42,334 bases of DNA from Basidiobolus meristosporus CBS 931.73 (Eukaryota > Fungi > Basidiobolomycota), in the NCBI GenBank assembly GCA_002104905.1, contig MCFE01000718.1:1-42334 (forward strand), given 5' to 3'. The notes under the pieces are model-generated. The model worked only from the letters and a program-made list of their open reading frames with translations. It was not told the DNA's origin and did not search any database. The translations under genes and the position numbers were made by a program. Of the stretch, positions 24,301 to 36,100 are shown in pieces (the first letter of the stretch is position 1; each line of letters starts with the position of its first letter).

Positions 24301-26144
24301 GAGAAAGAATACCCCATTTATCTTGGGAGAAGAGCAAGAAGAAGCCATGCAATTACTAAAAGAGGCCTTAGTATCTCCACCAGTTCTAAGACCTCTTGAC
24401 TATCAGAACACTGAATGCCCACCTATCTTGACAGTGGATGCAAGCCCTATAGGAGCTGGAGCACTACTTGGTCAAGATAATGAAAATGGCAACCGCTATG
24501 CCTGCAGATATGAGAGCTGCCTCTTCTCTCCTAGAGAACAAAGATACTCACAGATTAAGAGAGAGCTACTAGGAGTTGTGAAAATGCTGAGGAAGCTGAA
24601 GTCACAACTCTACATGACACATTTTGTCCTGGAGACAGACACCAGGCCGCTTATAGGAATGATCAACAAGCCTGACCTACCTGATGATGCCACAAATTAG
24701 TGGATGGCATGGCTGAAAATGCTTGACTTTGAGGTCAGACATATCCCTGGCTTGACAAATGTTGTTGCCAATGCACTCTCCAGGAAGGGACCACAGTTGT
24801 CTGAAGATATGGACCCTGACTTTGATGACATAATTGATGCAGAAATCCAACAACTACATGTGAAGAAGCCCAGCAACTCTACGTGGAACACCATTCATGA
24901 CTATCTGAAAACCTTTGAGAAGCCACCAGGAATGAGCCCACATGACTTCAGAAAGCTCAGGAAGAAGGCCCATCATTTCTACATAAAGGATGGCCTCCTC
25001 TTCAAACAAGTAAAGCCTGGACAGACACCAAGGAGAGTTATAGTTGAGCCCCAGGAACAACTGACTATTATGTCAAGCTTTCATGAAGGAAGACCTGGTG
25101 GTCATAGAGGTAGAGTTACCACTTACAATGTTGTTTCCAGTAGATACTACTGGGAGCATATGTATCATGATGTCCAACACTTTGTTGAATCATGTGACAT
25201 TTGCCAAAGAAGGTCAACCAAGAGATATGATGAGCTGCTCCATTCAACCTATACACCTTGCCTATGGCAGAAGGTTGGCATTGACCTGGTCCACATGCCA
25301 ACTGCTGGAACCAAGAAGTACCTAGTTGTTGCCAGAGATGATCTGAGTGGGTGGGTAGAAGCTCAAGTTCTATCCAATAACAAAAGCCACACAATATGGA
25401 GATTTATTCTTGAAGATATAATATGCAGATTTGGCTGCATCAGCCAGTTTGTTGCTGACCAAGGAGAAACAACTTCAAATTGATCCAGGAACTCTGCTCA
25501 CAATACAAGATTCATATTTCTTTCACCACTGCTTATCACCCACAAGCCAATGGAATGGTTGAAAGAGGCCATGGCCTGTTGGTTAACTCCCTAGTCAAGA
25601 GCTGCAAGAACATGACACTACAGTGACCTTCACAACTTCATCTAGCACTCTGGGCAGATAGAATCACTACAAAATGCAGCACAGGCCTATCTCCATTCAA
25701 ATTGCTTTATGGACATGATTGCATTCTTCCTATAGAGCTTGACTCAACATCCTGGAACATGCTAGAGTGGAGAGATACAATGAGTACAGAAGAACTACTG
25801 ACTACATGCATCAAACAGCTTGATCACATGAACTTGATATTACCCAAGCAGCTGCTAAACTCAAAGAGACAAGACTTCAGAACAAGAAAACATTTGACAA
25901 GTCACATAGCCTTAGACCAAAGCCATTACTGCAAGGAGATCCAGTATTGCTCTATGATTTCACTTTAGACAAGCAGTGGAGTCACAAATTTGACAATAAG
26001 TGGTCTGGCCCATTTATTATCTCTAAGGTGATTGGAAATAGAAGCTACTACTTGTCTGAACTTGATGAAACACTGCTAAGAGCACCTATGGCAGGAAACA
26101 GACTTAAGCTATTCAAGCACCAGAATTTCACACATCATGTTTAG
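21331..26144 (+). pseudogene. Gypsy-1 gag-pol
   Basis: Gag (APQFDGKNV), knuckle-like CIW(Y)DSTQHVRQEC, protease HIDSGLE, RT (FVDEIGIKG), RH (VDASPIGAG), and integrase (HEGRPGGHRG...CDICQ, GIDLVHMP, DDLSGWVEA). Several stops and frameshifts; no chromodomain. Confidence 0.93.
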
Positions 26145-26169
26145 TTTGCTTTGACCTGAGCTCAAAGCT

Positions 26170-26183
26170 GAGAGGGGGGTGGA
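26170..26183 (+). other. Polypurine tract of Gypsy-1
   Basis: GAGAGGGGGGTGGA immediately before the 3' LTR. Confidence 0.75.
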
Positions 26184-27260
26184 AGTAGTGGGGTCACAGT
26201 GACACCCACAGGCAGATGTGCTCATTCCCATATGTGCATTTCCCTAAAAAGGATTACCCCCCCTATATTAGTATTATCCCAAATTGCAATATTTTCAATC
26301 TGTCTATGTGATTATTACTATGCAACCTAGCAAACTATTTGTCACAATTGACCCATTGCACAAGCTACTCCTATTCCTTGCTGAGATGCCAAGATAAGAT
26401 AGTTACCATATAAGGCAGGTACCTCTAAAAGTGCCAATGTCATGTGATCATCCTAGTTTCATAACCCTCCTATCCTACTACCACATGAGGCAACTACATG
26501 ACACAGAGGTTTCATATTACCACTATCTGATTGGCTAGGTGCTACTATATCCCATAGAACAATCTGTCAAGAATTTGCGCCATTTTTAGTACACAATAAC
26601 ATGATTGGTTGTCTACTACCTTCTGGAAACTTCCGGAAAGTATTACTAGTAAGAATATGAGCAGCAAAAAAGTATATCAGGGAGGCTATCCCTTAAAATA
26701 AATCATCCCTCTTCCAATATTCCAGCTTACTGATTAGTGAGATCACCACTGCCTATTACCACTATTTTCTGACTCAGACCTGACAATACTCCCAGGAAAC
26801 CATGCTGACAGCCAACTGACTTTGGAGGCACTACCTGTGAGGAATACTCAGAGTAGGTATCTTTTATTATATTTGATTGTTTTCCCAAGTTTGTTCTTGT
26901 ACAGGCAAAGATACTTTTCAGTCTTTGTAACTATTGGTCAAAGCTGCATTCTTATCAAGTCCCTGTTGGTGGAGTTTACAGTTGTTTTGACTTTGGAAGC
27001 TTTAGTACATTGTCATCTCAAAGGACATTCAGGCCATTATAAACTTTTGTTAAGATGCCAACTAAGTTGGGGATTGTAGCTCAATAGTTTTCCCTTAACA
27101 AGCTTGAAGCTTTATCCCCCTTCACATTAGATTAGACAAAAGACTCAGTATTCCTAGCAAGCTTTTGCCAGAGGTTATTGCACCCAGTGAACACCCCACA
27201 CACATTCACACTGGAGAAGTGTTGGCTGTATTTTGCCCTTTGGACTTATACACCACCACA
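26184..27260 (+). repeat. 3' LTR of Gypsy-1
   Basis: Direct repeat of 20102-21180; first base T>A; ends CACCACA. Confidence 0.95.
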
Positions 27261-28113
27261 CCACTGATGACAGCAGACAAATGGTTGGACAACAGCTTGC
27301 TTTGACATTCAGTGCAACAAGCAGGGCTACATCCAAAAAAGACCATGTTGACAGTGTGCCCACTGAAGGTAGTAATGCAGACTCCTCAGGCTCTCAGTCA
27401 AGTAGGCAAGTCAGAATCTCTGCAGAGCCATAGGCTGACTGTTATGCTCAGGCAGACAAGAGTGTAGCAAATGCAGTATCTTAAGTTGAAGTCCAGCAAG
27501 TGGCCAGCATAACATCACCACCACCCATATGAGCAAGTATGTTGTCAGCTCATACCAAAGCATCAATGAAGCAATTAGGTGCAGTGGCTGATAGGATAGA
27601 TGCAAAGGCCCAGAGAAATCAGGTAATAGTCCACAAACAGGATAAGCAGATAAAAGGTGTAGAGCAAGCAATATCCCTGTTAGAGAAAGCAGTATCATTG
27701 CTACAAAGAAGGAGTTCAAGTAGCTCAATGTCACAGCCAAGAATTGACCCATTTCCCAATGTAACAGCAGAGGAACACCGTACAGTCTTTAAAGCACAAC
27801 AACAGTACCCAAAGATAAAGCCCAAAGAAAAACCTATGACAGCATGGGAGGGAGACATTGTGGTGTTTATACCAAGGCCATAAAAATCAAAAGACATTGA
27901 ATATGCGTGAAGCCATTGAGTGCAATAATGAAGAGGAGACAAATAGTTAAGAGGCTGTCAGAAGCCTAGCATGCCATCACCTTAAGGCCTGCATACCATG
28001 GAGCCATCAGGAACTCAAGGCCAAGTAGAATGTACTTGACTTGGTTCATGAGCATAATCTGGGACTCAAACAGGCTAATGGATTCTGGGCCAACAATGGC
28101 ATGCTAAGAAAAT

Positions 28114-28847
28114 AGACTTGTTCTGTTGGATAGTGCCGCATTGAGCCATGAGTGCCAAATGATGCCATAGTGTTACAGAGAAGCCAAGTGAGCCTATACT
28201 TGGCCACAGAGTGTATAACATAGCTCTGCATCTTCATGCAAAGCAGCCCCTGTGTTTCACTTATGATGCAGGAGAAAATCCATTTTTTGAAGTTTTTTTG
28301 TGGATCAATGTTGTGCAGGATGTATAAGAGCACCAAAGAGCTGACAGCATGCATCAGGTACTCAATACCCATGGCACTCTGAAGCTAGCTCCTGTGGCTT
28401 GTAACATGTCACAAAAATGCATGGCACTATCTTGGTCCACTGGTACTATCTGGTACTATATTTAATTATTAGCCCTAAAGTAAGATCTATACAAAGCACT
28501 TATAGTGCCAGATAGTACCAGTGGACCAAGATAGTGCCATGCATTTTTGTGACATGTTACAAGCCACAGGAGCTAGATTCAAAGTGCCATGGGTATTGAG
28601 TATGAGATGCATATCTTAAATCCTTTTGTGCTCTTACACATCCTGCACAACATTGTCCTACAAAAAAAGGTCAAAAAACGGATTTTTGCCAACACAATGG
28701 GTGAAGCACAAGAGCTGCTTTGCATGAAGATGCAGAGCTATGTTTCACACTCTGTGGCCAAGTATAGACTCACTTGGCCTCCCTGGCATACTATGGCATG
28801 ATTTGGCACTCATGGCTCAATGTGGCACTATCCAATGGAACAAGTTT
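28114..28847. mobile_element. Foldback element, 734 bp (~345-bp inverted arms, ~40-bp AT-rich spacer)
   Basis: Arms ~28114-28460 and ~28501-28847 are reverse complements (ORFs 28046..28372 and 28589..28801 translate alike). Ends are AGACTTGTTC/GAACAAGTTT, with TSD AAT. Confidence 0.9.
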
Positions 28848-29134
28848 AATAGCTCAACAATAGTAAAAGCTATTAAAGGCTGAGGTACAAGGGTGCCATG
28901 GCTAAAAACCAGTGGCTTTCTCAAGAGCCCATTACAAGCAGGGCTGAAAGTTCTAAACAAGCGTCCAAGAGATGCCAGGTAGCTGGAAGCATGCCAATAA
29001 GGGACAATCAAGCAGACATGGATGCACCAGCACAACATTTATCAAGGAAAAAGCATAGTACCACTCAAGAAGCACTCAGTCAAAGTAGCAGTGAAGGACC
29101 TAGTAGTGATAAAAACCAGTGGCTTTCCTGGTGG

Positions 29135-30205
29135 TGTGGTGGTGTATAAGTCCAAGGGAGAGATACGTCCAACAATTCTCAAGTGTTTTGTGTATGGGGT
29201 GTTCACTGGGTGCAATAACCTCTGGCAAAAGCTTGCTAGGAATACTTGGGTTCTGTCTCTAATCTAATGTGAAGGGGAATAAAGCCACAAGCTTGTCAAG
29301 GGAAAACTATTGAGTTATAATCCCCAATTTAGATGGCATCTTAACAAAAGTATGTGCTGGGTTCAGCATCCTTTGAGATGAGAATGTACTAAAGCTTCCA
29401 AGGTCAAAACAACTTTAAACTCCACTAGCAGGGACTTGATAAGAATGCAGCTGTGGTCAATTGTTACAAAGACAGAAAAGTATCTTTGCCTGTACAAGAA
29501 CAAGCTTGGGAAAGAATCACATATAATAAAAGATACCTACTCTGAGTATTCCTCACAAGTAGTGCCTCCAAGGTCAGTTGGCTGTCAGTGTGGTTTCATG
29601 GGAGTGTCCTGTGGTCTGGGGTTAAAAGGTCAGGTAGCTGCAGGTAGCAGTAATCACACCAATCAACAAGTTGGTACAATGATAAAAGGATTGATGATTT
29701 ATTGTTGAGGGATTGCCTCCCTTATATACTTTTCTTACTGGCTGAGTGATTACTAATCATGGTGTTCCAGAAGGTTCTAGATGTCAATAGAGATCTCAAT
29801 GACATCAGAATGACTCAAGAATGTTTGAAGTAGGTGCTGGAAAGTTCTAAGAGGTAAAACACATCCAATCAATCATGAATCAGTACTCTGAAGCCTGTGT
29901 AACATAGGGATACCATATATGCTATGAGAATGGTAGGGATGGTGACACGGGTTGATCATGTGTCATGGGTACTGGCATGGGTACTTGCCTAATATAGAAG
30001 CACTTATAGCTAGTATTCTTACATAAAGTGAGGGGTAACTTATGCAATAAGGTAAGCAGGTGTGATAGTCAACCGGCTTATGGGATAGTACTGATCAGGT
30101 AAGACAAATGGGATAAAACTAAAATAAATGTAGTAGGGATACAGGGAAGTAGAAAATATGGGAATGAGCACATCTGTCAGTGGGTGTCACTGTGACCCCA
30201 CTATA
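29135..30205 (-). repeat. Solo LTR of Gypsy-1
   Basis: Reverse complement of the Gypsy-1 LTR; TSD GTGG (29131-29134, 30206-30209). Confidence 0.92.
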
Positions 30206-30993
30206 GTGGCTTTCTCAGGAGCCTGTCATGATAATGGCTGAGAGCTTAAAACAAGCAGTAAACTAATTTCAGGTTACCAGGAGAGTGCCAGCAAGGGATA
30301 AGCAGGCTGGAACAGATGCATCAGAGCAGAATTCATCAAGGAGGTAACATAATTCATTACAAGAAGCACTCATACTGAGAAGCAGTTAAAGACATGGCAG
30401 TGAAAAAGGAAAAGGCTAAGGGAAAGATGTCTACCCAAGCCTGCAACAGAGTTGAATACAAAAAAAACTGCAATTCTTGCCAATTAATGCTGTAAGCTCA
30501 GAACAGACTGAATATCATCATAGCCTAGAAGAATTACCAACAAGAAAACAGCTGTTTTCACAAGAGTTGGAAGCACAGGCAGATGAGCTACACTCTAGCA
30601 AGGTAGATGAATTTGCAGAAAAAGGCAATTTGTCTACAAGAGCCTCCACATTCTCTATTATTGACAGAGTGGAGATCCCATTAACAGACAAGGCTACAAC
30701 ATTGAGAACTCAAGTGACTATCACAATGCCTTCAGTGGAATTTTGGAACATCAATAGGCACACCAAGAGGCTGCAGCACTTCTTCAAGAGCAGTGCTCAA
30801 GAAAATGCACTTGACTATTGCAAGGATCTATTGCAAAGACTGGCAGATGAGGTGCTGAACCTTGCAGTGCTGGCTGAAGGCCAGGACATGAAAGAACCAG
30901 CAAATGAGCGGTGGTAAAAAGCTGCTGGGTTCCTACCAAACTCATTGAAACAGCCCATTACAGCAGAAGTACTTATTGAGTGGTGGATAATAA

Positions 30994-31325
30994 GCAGTTT
31001 CTACATCCATTTGATGAATAAAAGACTTATATTTGGCCGCAATAGCTAATATTAATTAGATAGAATTAAACTTGGCTACCAGTGCCAAGGCTTCAGTATA
31101 GTCAAGTCTTCTTGTTTGAGCATATCCTTTGGCCACAAGTCTTGCTTTGTATCTTTCAATTGTACCATCAGTCTTGTATTTTGTTTTGAAGATCCATTGG
31201 CATCCAATTGATTTTTGGTGGATTGGTAACTTGATTAAGTCCCAAGTCCTATACTCCAATAGGGCCTGATACTCCTCAGTTGTTGAGCATCTCCAAAACT
31301 TTGTTTAAGTGCTATCTAGGGCCTC
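30994..31325 (-). pseudogene. Isolated Copia-1-like RT fragment without LTRs
   Basis: ORF 31056..31259 TWDLIKLP...ERYKARLVAKGY...VAKFNSI; collinear with Copia B ~2705-3040. Confidence 0.88.
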
Positions 31326-31990
31326 ATAGCTCAAAACCAGCAGCTTTCTTAAGAGCTTGTCACAAGCCAGGCTGAAAGCTTCAAACAAGCAACAAAGTAG
31401 CATTGAGTTGCCAACACAGTGCTGGTAGGAAGCAGGAAGGCAAAAATGGATGCACCTGTGCAGGAAAAATTACTAGGCACACCAAGAGGTTACAGCACTT
31501 CTTCAAGAGTAGTGCTCAAGAAAATGCATGTGAATACTGCAAGGATTTATTGCAAAGACTAGTAGATGAAATGCTGGACCTTGCAGTGCTGGCTTAAGAC
31601 TAGGATGTATGAGAACCTGTGATTAAAAGATGGCATAAACCTGCAGTGTTCCAGCTAAAGTCATGGAAAAAGGGTGTTACAGTAAAAATATTTGCTGAAT
31701 GGTTGATTCTGACAGAGTCACATGTTGAGTATGGGGTTGGGCTTAATGTCAGTGTTGGGTATTGGGACTTGTAAGGGCAGTAAATTTGGCAATTGAGACA
31801 CCACTGAAGCTTTAACAGAAGTAAACAAATTTGTATTCATGTAAAGTAAGAGAATTGATTGAGTCAGGTAGTAAAGCGTGCATAAGAGAGGCAATAGCCA
31901 ACCAATATACACAAATTTAGGAGGTGATAGAGTGTCTGTGATCAGAAAGTTAGAGAATTGGCAGAGGACTCGTCAAAAGCCACATATATA
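31326..31990 (+). repeat. Second, internally deleted copy of the 3' part of the CACTA-associated ORF
   Basis: ORF 31403..31597 repeats RHTKRLQHFFKSSAQENA.YCKDLLQRL from 30477..30917. Confidence 0.8.
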
Positions 31991-33120
31991 CACTACAAAA
32001 AATTATTGTCATGATCCCATCAAAAAGTTGTCACAAATTCTAAGCCTTGTAACTAAGAGGTATTGATCTTGTCAGGACACATTGCAAAGACTATCAAAGA
32101 TTTATTGCACCCCAAATTTCTCAAAAAGCTTAGTCAAAATTTCTGATTACAACAATACAAAAGTGGCTTTTTGTTGGTTCTCTGCCAATTTTCTCACTTT
32201 CTGATCTCAGACATTCTATCACCTCTTATGTTTGTGTGCCTTGATTGGCTATTGCCTCTTTTTCACACTCCTTACTTCCCAACTCTACTGCTTCTCTTAC
32301 TTTTCATGAGTATTAAGTGATTTATTTCCGTTGAAACTTCCATTGTACCTCAATTGCCAATTGTATTGACCAATATAAGTCCCTATACCCTGCACTAGCA
32401 TTGAGCCCAACCCCACACTCAGCAAGTAACTCCATTAAGACCCACCACTCATAATTATTTGTGCTGTGACGCTCTGTTTCCATGGCTGTGGTGAAGACCC
32501 TGCTGCTTTATGCCACTGTTCATTCACTGGTTCCAAATGTTCTGGTCTTCAGCTGGCACTGCAAGGACTAGCACCTCATCTGCCAGTCTTTGCAATAGAT
32601 CCTTGCAATAATCAAGTGCATTTTCTTAAGCACTGCTCTTGAAGAAGTGCTGCAACCTCTTGGTGTGCCTATTGATGTTCCAAAATTCCACTGAAGGCAT
32701 TATGGTAGCCTTTTGCTTTCTTGACACTGTGACTTTGTCTGTCTGTGCAATCTCCACTCTGTCAATAATGGATGATGTGGAGGCTGTGGTAGACAAGTTG
32801 CCCTTTTCTGCAAACTCATCTATTTGTCAGAGTGCAGCCCAACTGCCTGTGCTTCCAGCTCCTGTGAAAACATTTGCTTTCTTGTTGGTAATTCTTCTTG
32901 GCTATGCTGGTACTCAGTCTGTTCCTGGCTTATGGCGTTAATTGGTAAGAAATGCAGCTTTTTTCAGACACTTCCTGTTTCTGGCTTAGATAAAATATTT
33001 TCCCTTTACCTTTCCTTTATCACTGCCAGGCCTTTCACTACTACTTGGACTGTGTGCTGCTTGTATTGTTCTTTGTTTTCTTCTTGACAAGTGCTGCACT
33101 GGTGTATCCATTTTGGCACC
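31991..33120 (-). mobile_element. Inverted CACTA end: terminus plus third copy of the ORF 3' region
   Basis: Starts CACTACAAAAAA at 31991 with repeated TTGTCA motifs. 32165-33120 is the reverse complement of 31450-31980 and of ~30300-30950. Confidence 0.6.
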
Positions 33121-36100
33121 TCATATACATTTTGCCAGATCAATTGCTGACTAATTGTATGTCTTATTGTAGGTTGTGGCTGATGACTCATTTGATGGTA
33201 TCATCATTACCCAATTATATGATACTTAATATATCTATTATGGTATGATAAGGATCTGCTAATTCATCTGCTGACTAATACTACTGATCTAATAAATAAC
33301 ACTGATATACTGATTGGCTCAGCATACAACTAATTGATTTGATTAGAAACTAATCTAACTTTAACATTCAAGCAGTAGATCATAACATTCTCCCCTACTA
33401 AAGTTGGGCGGATTCTCTTGAATCTCCTTTCTTGTGACACCAGTATCTGGATGGTTCAGTATTTTCAGCTAGTCTTGCTAGCATGAGTCTGTCACTATGA
33501 ACTAAGTCTTCCCAGATATTACCTTGTTTGTCCACTATTTGGTAAGTTGCAAATAAATATTCTCTGATGATCTTGAAGGGTCCAGTCCATTGTGACTCAA
33601 ACTTTTTCCATGTGTTGTTTTGTAGATATACAATGTTTGCAACTGTCAACACCTCATGTGATATAGTCTTATCAAATCTGTGCTTCATCTTTTCTGCATT
33701 CAAAGATACTTTGACCTGTGCCTCTTGACATCTTTGTTGCAGCTGTTGGTGTCTACTTATCTGGCTGAGTTCATCTTCTAAGGCATCAGTTAGCTTTAGT
33801 TTTGTGAAATTTCCTGGATTCCTTGGTTCACATCCAAACACTAAGTAAAGTGGGAAATGTTGGGTTGTGTTGTTCACTCTAACACTTCAGGCAAAAAGTG
33901 TTGGTCTATATATTTATCCCATCTACTGGAACCTCCACTTGCATACTTGGTTGGCATTTTTCCAAATATTCAATTAAACTGCTCAGTGACTCCATTAGCT
34001 CTATGGTGGTATGCTGAGACTTTCAATATTTGATCTGCTGTATTTCCAGGTGAGATTCCAATGTTGTTGCCATGCACTTTGCTCCTCTGATGAATAAATC
34101 TCTCAAGGGCATCCAAACTTTATAAGGATCTTATGGTAGATGAAACTTGCAACGTCTTGTTCACTGGCTACAGATACCACTTTAGCCACTGGCCAGTTAG
34201 TGGCATAATCTACAGCTACTAGGATCCAATGGTTGCATATCTGGGTGGTTAGCAGTTTTCCAATAAAGTCAATTCCTCATCTCCCAAATGCTCTCACAGG
34301 CTCTAAGGGATAGAGCTAAGCAAATTTTTGTGGTTGGCCTTGGTTGACTTGGCAATTTGGGCATGATTTCACTAGCTTCTCAATATTCTGTTTCATTTGG
34401 GGCCACCATGCCCTAGCTTTACAAGGTTTTAGGTTCCTTCAACTCCAAGATGTTGATATCCATTGTGCAGCTTATGTATTAAATCCAGGCAAACAACATA
34501 AGGGCAATAGGCAATAGGGCTTCCATCAAAAAATTGGTAGAGTGTTTTATCCTAAACTACAAATTTGCTGGCTTCACCCTGGATTTTCCTATTGATTGCT
34601 TCGTCCACCCCATTAGGAATGGATTGGTCCTCCAAGTACTTTGGTAATAAGCTAGGCCAATCTGATTCATGCACCAGGTTGAGTTCTGCAACTTGTTCTA
34701 ATCTTAATAAGGCTTTGGCAACTGTGTTGTTTTTTGTAGGGCAGCAGACAATGTCCAAGTCAAATTGCGGAATGTATTCATTCCATGTTGTCATTCTTCT
34801 GGAGAGTAATTTCTGAGTAAATATATACTTGAGTGAGGTGTGATCAGTCTTCACAGTGCACCTGGCTACTTCAATGTAGCATCTCCAGGTCTTCAAGCAG
34901 TGTATCATGGCAAGCATCTCCTTCCCATCCACTGGATAGTTTTGTTCTGCTGAGTTCAGCTACTTAGACTCAAAAGCAACAAGGTAGTCCTTTCCCTCAT
35001 GTACTTGGCTTGCTATTCCATCAAGTGTATAGTCTGAAGCATCTGTGCACAGAGTGAACTCATTTCTGAAGTCTGGGATTCTTGAGCTTGGCAGCTTAGC
35101 AAGCTCATGCTTGAGCATTGTAGTGGCGTATAAGCTCAAGGGAGAGATACGTCCAACAATTCTCAAGTGTTTTATGTGTGGGGTGTTCACTGGGTGTAAT
35201 AACCTCTGGCAAAAGCTTGCTAGGATTACTTGGGTTCTGTCTCTAATCTAATGTGAAGGGGAATAAAGCCACAAGCTTGTCAAGGGAAAACTATTGAGTT
35301 ATAATCCCCAATTTAGATGGCATCTTAACAAAAGTATGTGCTGGGTTCAGCATCCTTTGAGATGAGAATGTACTAAAGCTTCCAAGGTCAAAACAACTGT
35401 AAACTCCACTAGCAGGGACTTGATAAGAATGCAGCTGTGGTCAATTGTTACAAAGACAGAAAAGTATCTTTGCCTGTACAAGAACAAGCTTGGGAAAGAA
35501 TGAAATATAATAAAGATACCTACTCAGAGTATTTGTGGCAAGTAGTGCCTCCAAGGTCAGTTGGCTGTCAGTGTGGTTTCATGGGAGTGTCCTGTGGTCT
35601 GGGGTTGGAAGGTCAGGTAGCCACAGGTAGCAGTAATCACACCATCAACAAGCTGGTACATTGATAAAAGGAATGATGATCTATTGTTGAGGGATTGCCT
35701 CCCTTTTATGATTTTCTCACTGGCTAAGCAATTTCTAATCATGGTGTACCAGAAGTTTCTGGAGATCAATAGAAATCTTAATGACATCAGTATGAGCTAA
35801 GAGTATTCTGAGTAGGTGCTGGAAAGCTCTAAGAGGCACATCACATCCAACCAGTCAGGAATTGGTACTCTGAAACCAGTGTAGTGTAGGGACACCATAC
35901 ATGGTATAGAAATGGTAATGATGGTGAAATAGGTTGACCACGTGTCACAGGTACTGGTGCTGGTACATGTCTAATATAGAAGCACTTACTGCTAGTAATC
36001 ATACATAAAGTGAGGGATAACCTATGCAATAAGGTAAGCAGGTGTGATAGTCAGGCAGCTTATGGGTTAGTACTGTTCAAGTAAGACAAATGGGATAAAA

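Larger units (their letters stand above)
20102..27260 (+). mobile_element. Full-length Ty3/Gypsy element (family Gypsy-1), defective
   Basis: Two ~1.08-kb LTRs, tRNA-Lys PBS, PPT, gag-PR-RT-RH-IN order, and 4-bp TSD CCAC (20098-20101, 27261-27264). Confidence 0.96.
27261..30993 (+). pseudogene. Large decayed Ser/Gln/Lys-rich ORF, putative CACTA second gene (begins left of 20101)
   Basis: ORF pieces 27233.., 27539..27883, 28898..29149 and 30477..30917 join into a long frame with C>T-type stops and occasional shifts. Excising the foldback with one TSD copy rejoins the frame. Confidence 0.55.

Noticed and set aside
25900-26183. Chromodomain or env-like gene after the Gypsy integrases
   Set aside because: In both Gypsy families the integrase ends shortly after the W.GPF/Y module and runs straight into the PPT, with no room or motif for either.
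10545-35664. Recurrent short ORFs (MIRMQLWSIV..., MEAL.VRN.Q..., VVVY.SKG...) as a small gene family
   Set aside because: All lie inside the five Gypsy-1 LTR copies, and their lengths and stops vary between copies.
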